IMG/VR virus record: IMGVR_UViG_3300014205_002439
Span: 4,587 to 68,586 of that record
From: a virus
Lineage: Duplodnaviria; Caudoviricetes
Direction: 5' to 3' (one strand)
Length of the DNA: 64,000 nt
A model generated the notes under the pieces. The model was not told the DNA's origin. It made no database searches and saw only the letters and a list, made by a program, of their open reading frames with translations. This document shows positions 1 through 9,007 of the stretch, piece by piece. Within the stretch, counting starts at the first letter, position 1. Each line of letters opens with the position of its first letter. Made by a program: the position numbers and the translations under genes.

Positions 1-673
1 CACGGAGGAACAGCTTGCAGCGTGGGTTGAGTTCCCCTTCGCTGCCAACGTCATAGATATGGTACTCGGTCGCTTCACCAGCAGCGACTTGAGCTTCGTT
101 CGACTTTGCATATTGTGATACAAAGTTTGCATTCACATCCTTGATGAATGCTTCACGCATTTCCGGAGGAAGCAACTTGACCGGGTTTTCGTTGAGTGGC
201 GAGTGAGACTCGGACTCAGCGAAAATATCAGCAGGGAGATTCACCCACTTGTAGGTATACCAAGCACCTGCATCAGTACGGCTGTACTTTTCAAGTCCTT
301 CCTTGATAGCACGGCAGATGGTGGACTTAGACGAACCGACCGGGCCGTGGAGCAAGAGGAAACGCTTCTGAGTACCGTGTCCGCCAGCGGCAGACTCAAG
401 GTAGTTCATGATCGCTTCAAGCGTTTCTTCAAGACCGAAAATCTTGGTCTTACAAGACTTGAAGAACTTGTACCGCTTCATAGTCCTGCGGTATCGCTTG
501 AAGGTCTCAGTACCTTCCGACATAATCATGTCGTAGATGTACTGAAAAGCGTTTCGCAGCAGACGTGGGTTTTCGAGCGTTCTCTGAAGAAATTGGTCAA
601 GCGTCATTTCTTCGTTAAGAGAAGCATAACGCTCCCTATCAAAGTGCTTGACATACTTGCTGATGGCTTCCAT
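1..673 (-). CDS. prkA: PrkA/YeaG-family AAA+ serine protein kinase, N-terminal part (runs off the left edge)
   Basis: Not in the ORF track. Manual translation from ATG at 673 gives [16 protein letters not shown]...[41 protein letters not shown], the PrkA Walker A region. The frame is open to the window edge. Confidence 0.85.
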   Translation of the reverse strand, partial: [224 protein letters not shown]

Positions 674-809
674 GCGTAACCCCTAAGATACAAGTTTTGG
701 AATCAGGACACTGAGAATCTTAAACGTTCTGCTGAAGATCGTCAAGTTCTCTTTCAGTTCGAAAAGTTTGTTGAGTTCCAAACCGAAAGGTCATGAGGGG
801 AGTATTACG

Positions 810-1073
810 CTAAAGAGTTGTTCCGTCAAGACCGCTTCCTTTGCGAATCTTGAATCGATTGGTGAACTTCGTGCCCCACTTTCTTTTGGTGTCCGCAGAA
901 ATCGGAGAAGCAGGCTGGGGGCCTCGAACTGCCTGAGAGAGTTGCTTCTTATATAGGACTTTGTCAGGGTTGCTGAAATCCTGCTGAACCTCCAGACCCG
1001 AAAGTTTACCTTTCAAAGTCGAGGTTTGCGGTTTGAAAGTCTGCATCGCCAGAAATTCCTTGAACGTCATCAT
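810..1073 (-). CDS. Hypothetical protein with capsid-targeting-like N-terminus (MMTFKEFLA)
   Basis: ORF track; start overlaps the upstream stop (ATGA). Confidence 0.6.
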   Translation of the reverse strand: MMTFKEFLAMQTFKPQTSTLKGKLSGLEVQQDFSNPDKVLYKKQLSQAVRGPQPASPISADTKRKWGTKFTNRFKIRKGSGLDGTTL

Positions 1074-1426
1074 TGGGTTTGGATGCCCTTCATCACCTGT
1101 GGCATACCAAGAGAATTTGCAGCGGCCTTGGCGACATCGGCCATTGGGAACTGCTTCTGGACATTAGGGTTCAAAGTTGAGAACCCCTTCTGAACTGCCC
1201 CCATCAACTGACCAACCTTCTGCGTCCCGGTTGGGGCAGTCTTCACAGCATTAAAAGCTTGTGGATCGGTTTTCGAAACCAAGTTGTTCGCTACGGTCTG
1301 AAGTTGCGGACTCGGTGTGGTTGCACCGTTAGAGAACTGAACCTTGTTAGGATTCGGGTTCATCATTGTACCCATTTCTTGCAGAAAACCGTTGGTTTCG
1401 AGCCAGTTTTTGAATGAAGTGTTCAT
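1070..1426 (-). CDS. Hypothetical protein with capsid-targeting-like N-terminus (MNTSFKNWLE)
   Basis: Start reassigned to ATG at 1426; the longer ORF overlaps the divergent gene at 1472. Confidence 0.6.
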   Translation of the reverse strand: MNTSFKNWLETNGFLQEMGTMMNPNPNKVQFSNGATTPSPQLQTVANNLVSKTDPQAFNAVKTAPTGTQKVGQLMGAVQKGFSTLNPNVQKQFPMADVAKAAANSLGMPQVMKGIQTQ

Positions 1427-1471
1427 GCAAATATGTAGGAGTCTCACTCTCATATTCAAAAGGAGAGAACC

Positions 1472-2230
1472 ATGTTCAAAACACTCATGATGGTTTTTCT
1501 GATGACAACCAGCCTTTGTGCTCAAAACACCAGAACCACAACTTACGTTAAAGGCGGGATCAGTCACGGCGACTACGAACTCACCATCGGGAATCACGAA
1601 AAATCACTAATGCCGAACCAGTACGGCGGCTACAGCGAAGTGACGCTTTGGAATGCAGCGGCATCCGACGATGAAGGATACGTTTACATGCCTCATATGC
1701 GTCAGTACGAAGTTCGCCTCAAATCCAAAGCAGGCGTTCGTTCAGATGCAAAGGTTGTAATTGACGGCAAGGAAGTTGGAGTTTTCCGTGTCGAACCCAA
1801 TCAAACGATTGTTATTGAACGTAGTCTTGGCGACACCGCTCGTTTCACTTTCATTCAGAAGCAAACTCGTGAATATTTTGCTGCCAAGTTGGATCAAGTT
1901 GAATCTGGTAAGTTAGGATTGATTTCGGTGACATTCACGCCAGAAAGAGGTTACGGTCAATCGGTGCCTGCAAACAAACCAAAGATCGAAAGCCCCAAGA
2001 GAGTTGCCGAAGAAGGCCCTCTCAAGACTTCTGCTCGCTCGGGTGGAACTGGCCTTACAGGTCAGAGCAATCAACAGTTCAATTATGTTCAGGGGATTCA
2101 GTACGATCAGGGTCGTCAGGTAACATTGCACTTGCGACTTGTTCCGAAAGAAACGGTCGAAGCTCCAGTGCTTAAACCTCTGGAAGCCTCAAAACCATTT
2201 GAGGCAAAGATTCCTGCCCCTCGCCGCTAA
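1472..2230 (+). CDS. Secreted hypothetical protein (signal peptide)
   Basis: AGGAG RBS; hydrophobic N-terminus ending in LCA-Q; followed by a terminator. Confidence 0.7.
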   Translation: MFKTLMMVFLMTTSLCAQNTRTTTYVKGGISHGDYELTIGNHEKSLMPNQYGGYSEVTLWNAAASDDEGYVYMPHMRQYEVRLKSKAGVRSDAKVVIDGKEVGVFRVEPNQTIVIERSLGDTARFTFIQKQTREYFAAKLDQVESGKLGLISVTFTPERGYGQSVPANKPKIESPKRVAEEGPLKTSARSGGTGLTGQSNQQFNYVQGIQYDQGRQVTLHLRLVPKETVEAPVLKPLEASKPFEAKIPAPRR

Positions 2231-2233
2231 CAC

Positions 2234-2262
2234 AAAAACCCGCCTTACGGCGGGTTTTCTTT
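2234..2262. terminator. Bidirectional intrinsic terminator
   Basis: AAAACCCGCC-ttac-GGCGGGTTTT between convergent genes. Confidence 0.85.
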
Positions 2263-2522
2263 TAGACCCATTCTTCTTTGCCATCAATCGTACAACGTAG
2301 GATATGCCGACCAAGACTTGTGAAGCATTTCTGATGAATCACAATACTGCCTGAGTGGCATCGCCTGTGACAATTGGCACAAAGAGTGAGCATATTCCAC
2401 TCGTTATAGGTGCCGCCATCAGAGCCGGGGATAATACGATGGGCGTCAAGAAGATTGTAATCACTTACATCACAGAAGTAACACTTTTTGTCGCAGTGCT
2501 TCTTGATTTGTTTCTTGTTCAT
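2262..2522 (-). CDS. Small HNH endonuclease
   Basis: CYFC...AHRIIPGSDGGTYNEWNMLTLCANCHRRCH. Confidence 0.8.
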   Translation of the reverse strand: MNKKQIKKHCDKKCYFCDVSDYNLLDAHRIIPGSDGGTYNEWNMLTLCANCHRRCHSGSIVIHQKCFTSLGRHILRCTIDGKEEWV

Positions 2523-2558
2523 ACTCTATATACCTCGTCCCTACAAAGGAGCGAGGCA

Positions 2559-2711
2559 ATGAGAGTTTTTCTTGTACTATTTTTGGGTTTTCTAGCACTT
2601 GCTGGAGGCGGCTGTGCTCAATGTAATTGTTCTTGCGGAGCGGGATGCAAATGTTCCGTGAACCAGTGTTGCATCGACCAAAATTGCAAACATTGCACCC
2701 ACGGTCACTGA
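2559..2711 (+). CDS. Small Cys/His-rich putative lipoprotein (metallothionein-like)
   Basis: GGAG/GAGG upstream; MRVFLVLFLGFLALAGGGC followed by a Cys-dense tail. Confidence 0.5.
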   Translation: MRVFLVLFLGFLALAGGGCAQCNCSCGAGCKCSVNQCCIDQNCKHCTHGH

Positions 2712-4084
2712 TTCTTCTGACGATTGATGATTTTCGTCGTACTGCAACCCTCAACCAGCGGACACACATAGGTCTCAGGAACAATGTCTGACCCTACAAT
2801 AGTGGCGATCTGATAATCAGCCCCTTTCACCAACACGTCAGGCTTACATCTCTTGATGACTTCGTAAGGCGTATCTTCGTCAAAACTGATCACGAAGTCC
2901 ACTTCTTTAATAGCAGCCATCAAAGCCATACGATCCTCAAGAGGATTGATTGGACGACTTTCGCCCTTCAATCGTTTCACGCTGGCATCTGAATTCAAAG
3001 CAACGACCAGTTTCTCTCCCTTGGCCTTAGCAAATCGAAGAGTATTCAAATGGCCTCGATGTAAGATATCAAAGCAACCATTCGTAAAGACAAGCTTGAA
3101 ATCACGGCCAACAAGGTCTTCTGGTTGGATGCAGCGAGTCTTGCTGAGTTCTGCTGGAACAATCGGGCGGTTCATCTTGTTCTGGACATAAATCGATCCA
3201 GCTTCGTAAGCCAGTTGCGAGGCATCTTCAACAGAGAAACCATGAGCAATGGAAAGAGATAGGAACGCAACGAAAGCGTCTCCGGCCCCAATGACACTTT
3301 CAGGCACGATCTTGTATTGCGGGTTGTATTCAAAGTAGCCATTTTCCTCCGTCCATCCAACGAGTCCCTCGCCACTCAGGGTAATCACAACAGCCTTGCA
3401 ATGAGTCTTGGCAACAATGACATCACACTGCTTACGCCAATCTGTTTCTCCCGTTAGTTCAGTGGCTTCCTTCTTGTTTGGCTTAAAGACCGTACAACCT
3501 TTCCACCAAGAAAGAGGACTATTCTTTGGATCGACCACAGTCTTACACTTAGCATATCTCTTCATCCAAGCTTGACAGCTTTCCTTGGTGAAGAACCCCT
3601 TACCGTAATCAGAGAAGATCGCCACGTCTGGTAAGGGAATTGCTTCAGTAGTTTCAAGAGAATCCTTGATTGCGTCTTTATATTCCTTCTCTGGAAGACC
3701 ATAGTTTGGACTCTCAATGTCCCAACGCTTAACTTGAATGAAGTTGTCTAAAAAGCGACGTTTGCGAGGGACATGAACTGCAACATTGGTGCAGGGAGAG
3801 AATTTGAGTTTATGTTTACGAAAGACAAGTGTGGATAGATGATCCGAGAAGCAAATCAGTTGAGCTTCAACATTGAAGTGTTTGAATTGGTAGGCGACAT
3901 TTGCTACGCCACCCGGTCGGTCAATACATTCCTCGGTGTTGGAATGCATAATTGGCATTGGAAATTCTGGACTGATTCGCTTTACGTCAACTGGATAGTA
4001 TTCATCGATCATTGAATCACCGATGCAGTGGATCGAGATCCGATTTTGTCGATTATGTGAAAGCAAATTATCCAAAGATTCCAT
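2705..4084 (-). CDS. hldE: Bifunctional heptose-7-phosphate kinase / heptose-1-phosphate adenylyltransferase
   Basis: PfkB-type kinase (GDSMIDEY, RISPEFP, GGVANVA, GAGDAF) plus cytidylyltransferase domain (FTNGCFDILHRGH, VALNSDASVKRLKGESRP, KGADY). Confidence 0.92.
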   Translation of the reverse strand: MESLDNLLSHNRQNRISIHCIGDSMIDEYYPVDVKRISPEFPMPIMHSNTEECIDRPGGVANVAYQFKHFNVEAQLICFSDHLSTLVFRKHKLKFSPCTNVAVHVPRKRRFLDNFIQVKRWDIESPNYGLPEKEYKDAIKDSLETTEAIPLPDVAIFSDYGKGFFTKESCQAWMKRYAKCKTVVDPKNSPLSWWKGCTVFKPNKKEATELTGETDWRKQCDVIVAKTHCKAVVITLSGEGLVGWTEENGYFEYNPQYKIVPESVIGAGDAFVAFLSLSIAHGFSVEDASQLAYEAGSIYVQNKMNRPIVPAELSKTRCIQPEDLVGRDFKLVFTNGCFDILHRGHLNTLRFAKAKGEKLVVALNSDASVKRLKGESRPINPLEDRMALMAAIKEVDFVISFDEDTPYEVIKRCKPDVLVKGADYQIATIVGSDIVPETYVCPLVEGCSTTKIINRQKNQ

Positions 4085-4145
4085 TTAACCCCCGAAATTC
4101 TATTAAGGCACAGATTTCCCTGTGCCTTAATAGAGTTCAGGAGTT

Positions 4146-4454
4146 TCAAAATCCCTCTTTGACCCAATCGACTTCTGTTGGCAAGGTTCTCAAATATTTG
4201 AGAAACTTGTAACAGAGTGTTGCGACATCCGGCCCATTTTCGTCAAGGACATAAGCAACAAAAGGGAGGTACAAACCATTTCCTGCCGCCGGACGGACAC
4301 TAGCTTCGAAAGTATTCACCTGCACAATGTACAACCGCCCGTTGTAACCAAAAAAACAGACGTTATGTCTACTTTTACTTTGTCGAAGTTCGACATTCAT
4401 CAATGTCGAAAATGCTCCAAAGAAATCATCAAACTCTGCCAAGGAATCATCCAT
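4146..4454 (-). CDS. Hypothetical protein ending DWVKEGF
   Basis: ATG at 4454 overlaps the stop of the macrodomain gene. Confidence 0.65.
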   Translation of the reverse strand: MDDSLAEFDDFFGAFSTLMNVELRQSKSRHNVCFFGYNGRLYIVQVNTFEASVRPAAGNGLYLPFVAYVLDENGPDVATLCYKFLKYLRTLPTEVDWVKEGF

Positions 4455-5073
4455 GAGCGGCAAGGTTCATCATATACATGGTTGGCTCTAGCATATTGTA
4501 GTGGTCGATGTGAGCTACGCCAAGAACATCGAACGCTTTTGGATTGTTGTAACGCTTCCAAGCAGCATGCATCTGAATAGCACAATGAGCGTAAGGCATC
4601 TGACCAACTGCCGTACCAAGGCCGGGACAGAGGATAGAGTTGATTTCTGGATGCTTCTCAGCTTCTCGAAGAGCGGCAACGAACGCAAGATAAGCATTCA
4701 CCGTACCGCCAACAGTCTGCGGGACTCGCATCGTCGGAGCACTGATTAGATAAGGAATCGGCGTATCCGGGTTGGTGTTGCGAATGTCAACGACAACAGC
4801 TTGACCAACAAGCAATTCGCCATTGTGTTCAGTCCAAAGTTTGGACTGGAGTTCCATTTGCATGTTCCAGCCGAAGAATTCGCTGTAAACATAATCAATG
4901 CCGCCGTCCATGAATCCGAATGAGTTTGCCGGACTTACGATGGCATCCACTTCCATGTGCTCGCCGTCAGCAAAGATATCGCCAACTGAGACATGGACAT
5001 CCGATTCAGCAGCAAAGACCTTACGCCAACAATCGGCGAGGCCGGTATTACGATCCCGTAGGTATACTTTCAT
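4447..5073 (-). CDS. Macrodomain (ADP-ribose binding/hydrolase) protein
   Basis: DAIVSPANSFGFMDGGID, ISAPTMRVP, CPGLGTAVG; start reassigned to MKVYLRD. Confidence 0.88.
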   Translation of the reverse strand: MKVYLRDRNTGLADCWRKVFAAESDVHVSVGDIFADGEHMEVDAIVSPANSFGFMDGGIDYVYSEFFGWNMQMELQSKLWTEHNGELLVGQAVVVDIRNTNPDTPIPYLISAPTMRVPQTVGGTVNAYLAFVAALREAEKHPEINSILCPGLGTAVGQMPYAHCAIQMHAAWKRYNNPKAFDVLGVAHIDHYNMLEPTMYMMNLAAHG

Positions 5074-5548
5074 GTTTTTCCTTTTTGTATACAACAATAT
5101 TGAAGTTTGCGTTCTTTTGAAGAATGTCGCAAGGAGCGACAGCCCAATCAACCACAGGGAAGAAGGTATCGGAAATGTATCCGCCCTTCACTTCTGTTGC
5201 AATAATCTCATCAACAAGATTCTTTTTGAGGGCCTCTCGATAAAGCTCCCCTCCACCGATAAGAAATACCTTTTCGTTGTATTTCATACCTTCAGTAAGA
5301 GCCTCTTCCAGAGAGCGGCACACGTGCGGTGCGTCTTGTGAAGGAAGATGCCTAGAAACGACAATGTTACGTCGATCTGGAAGAGGCTTGAGCGGCAAAG
5401 ACTCCCACGTTTTTCGTCCCATGATGATGGGATGATTTAGAGTAGTTCTTTTGAAGTGCTTGAAATCTTCTTTAATATTAGGCCAAGGAAGTTGCCCTCC
5501 CTGTCCGATTCCACGCACTGCATCGTAGGCTACAATAATAGAGAGCAT
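5048..5548 (-). CDS. folA: Dihydrofolate reductase
   Basis: GIGQGGQLPWPNIKEDFKHFK, IIMGRKTWESLP, FLIGGGELY, DTFFP. Confidence 0.95.
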   Translation of the reverse strand: MLSIIVAYDAVRGIGQGGQLPWPNIKEDFKHFKRTTLNHPIIMGRKTWESLPLKPLPDRRNIVVSRHLPSQDAPHVCRSLEEALTEGMKYNEKVFLIGGGELYREALKKNLVDEIIATEVKGGYISDTFFPVVDWAVAPCDILQKNANFNIVVYKKEKHESIPTGS

Positions 5549-5755
5549 TTACCACCAAAACATCATGTGATCATCCATAATTTTCCAAATTGTGTAACCG
5601 ATAGTCAAAAGACCAGCCACAATTGTGACAATCGTTGCAATGAGGCCGAGGATGCTGGCCGTCACAATGATTCCACGCTGATCAGCTTGCTTTTTCTTTT
5701 CACGCATGGCGACGATTGCTGCAACAATTGTTGTAATGAGGAGTCCGATAATCAT
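5549..5755 (-). CDS. Small membrane protein
   Basis: Two hydrophobic segments; tightly packed in the operon. Confidence 0.55.
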   Translation of the reverse strand: MIIGLLITTIVAAIVAMREKKKQADQRGIIVTASILGLIATIVTIVAGLLTIGYTIWKIMDDHMMFWW

Positions 5756-6021
5756 TTCAGGTATCCGTACTCTTTATAGTAACCCAAGATTTCCTTAGCC
5801 TTTTCACCCTTTGTGAAACCGGCAGATTTTAGCATAGCTTCCACACCAAAGTCTACAGGAACTCGAAATACACCCTCAATAGGACTCTCGTGTTTGCCTT
5901 GAAAAAGGCCAATCACATAGTTGAAATCCTCGTTGTAATCACAGGAATTGTCCTTTGTGATGCAAACATAATGGGAGTCTTTAACTTTTCGAATTGCATA
6001 GTTCCACATAGCAATCTCCAA
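5752..6021 (-). CDS. Hypothetical protein
   Basis: Co-oriented ORF with ATGA coupling. Confidence 0.55.
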   Translation of the reverse strand: MEIAMWNYAIRKVKDSHYVCITKDNSCDYNEDFNYVIGLFQGKHESPIEGVFRVPVDFGVEAMLKSAGFTKGEKAKEILGYYKEYGYLK

Positions 6022-6055
6022 AAAGAAAGAGCGGCGATTGCTCGCCGCTCAAGGG

Positions 6056-6427
6056 TTACAACTTCGGTCTATTGATCTTGGGGATTTGAAACGTAGCAGG
6101 AATTTTGAACTCTCTAGGCTTTGGCACAGGGATAGTTTCCCCGAGCAGCTTCAAATGTTCAAGCACTCGTACCACAATCTCCACCGAGATAGCCTTATGT
6201 TCCTGCTCTGGAACATTTGCCTCCACCAATTCCCGAGTCAGAGGCTTACCTCTATTTTGACTCAGAAAGTGACCAATGTTGTGGATGAATTGATCACCCA
6301 CAGTCCAGAGACCGTAGATTGGAGAGGCGGCATATCCATGATGCTCAACGGCCTGTGCAATTTCTGCAACGGGAGCATCCTCGATTGGATCAGTGAACGT
6401 CCATTTGCTGTAACTGTGAAAGGACAT
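6056..6427 (-). CDS. Hypothetical protein
   Basis: TAATG coupling to the upstream gene. Confidence 0.55.
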   Translation of the reverse strand: MSFHSYSKWTFTDPIEDAPVAEIAQAVEHHGYAASPIYGLWTVGDQFIHNIGHFLSQNRGKPLTRELVEANVPEQEHKAISVEIVVRVLEHLKLLGETIPVPKPREFKIPATFQIPKINRPKL

Positions 6428-7830
6428 TAGAAACCTTTTGGAAGTGTAACAGGATCGACAACAGCAGTCTTCTGTTCTTCAACGACAACCTTCTTAGGCT
6501 CTTCCTTCTTGACAGGCTCAGGAGCCGGTGCAGGAAGATTCGGAGCCTGAAGGAGTAGGTTCATGCCTTCTGCACCGCCGCCCATGAAGTAGACAGGGAA
6601 CTTACCGTCCCACTTCTGGAGCTTTTCGCTCTCAATTTCGATTCGCTTGAGAGCAAGATAAAGGTCAGCCTTTTCTTGGGCCTTTTCGATTTCATAGCTC
6701 TTGGCGTCAGCCACAAGCTTGATACCGTCTGCTTCGGCTTCCTTTTCGGTCAAGAGAGCCTTGGCTTTCGAATCAGCCGTAAGCTGGATGGTCTTGTTCT
6801 TTTCAGTCTGAGCGGCAGTGTCAGCCATTGCGATGGACTTTTCCTGCTCAGCATTGAAGACACGCACCATCGTGGCAATGATCGACGGGTCTTTATAAAC
6901 AAAACCACCCGAGATACCAAGATTTGTAATCGTGATACCCTTTTCCAAGAAGTATTCCTTCACCTCAGCAACGACGCTCTGAATGTGAGGAGTGGCCTTC
7001 TTACGGAGTTCGTCCATCGGAAGGTCAGTGACTTCGATAGCAAAAGCAGTCTGGATCTTGGAACGAATTTCCAAATCCATGACTTTTGCAAGACTACCGT
7101 TCGGGTAGTTATGCAAGAATTTGACAGAGTCTTCCTTGGATTTGATTTGGGCAGTGCATTCCCAGCCAGTGGAAAACTCCACTTGATCAGAAGTCATAAC
7201 CCAAATGGCTTCATTCTTTGACGATGTACCGCTGTTAGCGTCAGCCGTCCAGACACGAGTTTCCGGAGATGTGTTGACTTTGATAAGGATAGCCGCAGGC
7301 TTCCAGTTACCATTCGGCCCAAATGTTTCATAGCCCGTAGGAATCCACTGTTGTGGAATTTTGACTTGTTGCGTAAGAACAAGGTTCTTACGGAAGAAAT
7401 CTTCGTTTTGGCTGACAGCCTGCTTGCTGCCATCATCGGTGAAAGGAATCAGGAAGCCGACTTCATGCGACTCAATGACTTGCAAATCCTGCGGCTCAAA
7501 TGGCCGACGACAGCCCGTAGAGGACAAGAGAATAAGGGCCACACAGCCCAACAGACCCGCTTTTCTGAACACGAACATAATATCTCCTAGATACAGTACA
7601 ACGCCTACAACGGCGATGATCGTCCAACCGAGAACGTACTGTGTGTTTCGATTGACGTGACTTGTTGCCAATTCTCGATGGGCTTCTCCGCTCGGATCAT
7701 CGAGTTGTTTCAGAGAAGTTGCAACATCAGATTGTGTATTGGCGACGTTCTGCTGCGACGTGTAACTGGCGTATCCCGCCACTACGAATAGCAACAGAAT
7801 AGTTTTGGCCCAAAAGGCAATGTGACTCAT
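6427..7830 (-). CDS. SPFH/band-7 (prohibitin-like) membrane protein
   Basis: N-terminal TM segments; I..HEVGFLIP, VWVMTSDQVEFS, GITITNLGISGG, then coiled coil and KWDGKFP, as in phage SPFH proteins. Confidence 0.75.
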   Translation of the reverse strand: MSHIAFWAKTILLLFVVAGYASYTSQQNVANTQSDVATSLKQLDDPSGEAHRELATSHVNRNTQYVLGWTIIAVVGVVLYLGDIMFVFRKAGLLGCVALILLSSTGCRRPFEPQDLQVIESHEVGFLIPFTDDGSKQAVSQNEDFFRKNLVLTQQVKIPQQWIPTGYETFGPNGNWKPAAILIKVNTSPETRVWTADANSGTSSKNEAIWVMTSDQVEFSTGWECTAQIKSKEDSVKFLHNYPNGSLAKVMDLEIRSKIQTAFAIEVTDLPMDELRKKATPHIQSVVAEVKEYFLEKGITITNLGISGGFVYKDPSIIATMVRVFNAEQEKSIAMADTAAQTEKNKTIQLTADSKAKALLTEKEAEADGIKLVADAKSYEIEKAQEKADLYLALKRIEIESEKLQKWDGKFPVYFMGGGAEGMNLLLQAPNLPAPAPEPVKKEEPKKVVVEEQKTAVVDPVTLPKGF

Positions 7831-8033
7831 TTGTGAACTCCGGGGTGGGGCATAGGGGGCGGTGCTACATCGACGATCTGATCTCCGACACGGAGATTCC
7901 TAACGAGTGATCGTCCAACGACGCCATCTCTGCAAACGAGAACGGCGTCATCCGGATCATCGAATCGCATTACGTTTTCTCCATCTTCGCAGATGGTGGA
8001 CGATTGTTCACGCTTTATGTTTTGAATGTTCAT
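7827..8033 (-). CDS. Hypothetical protein
   Basis: Coupled at both ends. Confidence 0.45.
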   Translation of the reverse strand: MNIQNIKREQSSTICEDGENVMRFDDPDDAVLVCRDGVVGRSLVRNLRVGDQIVDVAPPPMPHPGVHK

Positions 8034-9007
8034 ACAGCCACCGGGATTTCGATCTTTGGCCCACAGACGTGGTTTTCAAGTACAAAGTCTTCGAGCTTGT
8101 AGCTGAAAATGTCCGGAGCCTTGTTGATGGTCAGTGTGGGAGAATCGAGGACTGGAGAAGCAAGATATTCCTCAACAGCTTCGATTTGATCCCAATAAAT
8201 ATGAGCATCGACCGTATTGTGAACGAACTCGTGGGCGGTGAAGCCGCTTTGTTGAGCGAGCATCATTGTGAGGGCAGAGTAAAACTGAATGTTTGCAGGG
8301 ACGCCGATTGGGAAATCGCAAGAGCGTTGTGTAAGAACACCAGTCAATCGGCCCTCATCGTCCACAAGCACCTGATAGGTATAATGGCATGGAGGCAGCT
8401 TCATCTTGTGGGTTTCAGCCGGATTCCAGAGGGTGAATAGCATTCGGCGGCATGAGGAATCTTCCTTGAGTCGATTGGCAAGCCATGCCAATTGATCGAA
8501 TCCACCGGCTCCGTAAGCGTTACCATTAGGAGTCAAACCTCCTCGAAATGGCTCTTTTGAATCATCCCAACGGGGCCAGCCTGCTTGGTCGAAATCATTT
8601 TCAGTAATCTGCGTTGCAGTGCTACCAGTGGGGCCACCAATTCCGTTGCCGTAGTAGCCGCCAAAGTGGCGAAGTTGGAAGCCATAGACCGGGCCGAATG
8701 AACCGGGAGCGTAACCGTGCTTCTTCTCGAACTCCACATCAACCCAAGGATTCCAGATGTTGGCCCCGAGAGCCTGTAGATCCTTGTTATTGGTTGAGCC
8801 AGAAATGAACCACAGGAGTTCGGCCCAAATGGACTTCGGCCACACCTTACGGCGGGTGATGATCGGGAAAGCTTCAGTCAGATCGTAGCGGCTCGTGAGT
8901 CCAAAGATTGTTTTGGTTTTGATCTGAGTACGCTTGTTCGTGCGTTCCACTCCTTCATCAAGGATGAGGGCGAGGGCTTCATCATAAGACTGCATCTGAT
9001 ATGGCAT
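8030..9007 (-). CDS. thyA: Thymidylate synthase
   Basis: ELLWFISGSTN, GPVYGFQLR, LPPCH, QRSCDFPIGVPANI, DAHIY. Confidence 0.96.
   Translation of the reverse strand: MPYQMQSYDEALALILDEGVERTNKRTQIKTKTIFGLTSRYDLTEAFPIITRRKVWPKSIWAELLWFISGSTNNKDLQALGANIWNPWVDVEFEKKHGYAPGSFGPVYGFQLRHFGGYYGNGIGGPTGSTATQITENDFDQAGWPRWDDSKEPFRGGLTPNGNAYGAGGFDQLAWLANRLKEDSSCRRMLFTLWNPAETHKMKLPPCHYTYQVLVDDEGRLTGVLTQRSCDFPIGVPANIQFYSALTMMLAQQSGFTAHEFVHNTVDAHIYWDQIEAVEEYLASPVLDSPTLTINKAPDIFSYKLEDFVLENHVCGPKIEIPVAV

Noticed and set aside
6427-6445. SPFH protein ending LPKGF as a fifth member of the W-x-x-EGF tag
   Set aside because: It lacks the Trp and Glu; only GF matches.
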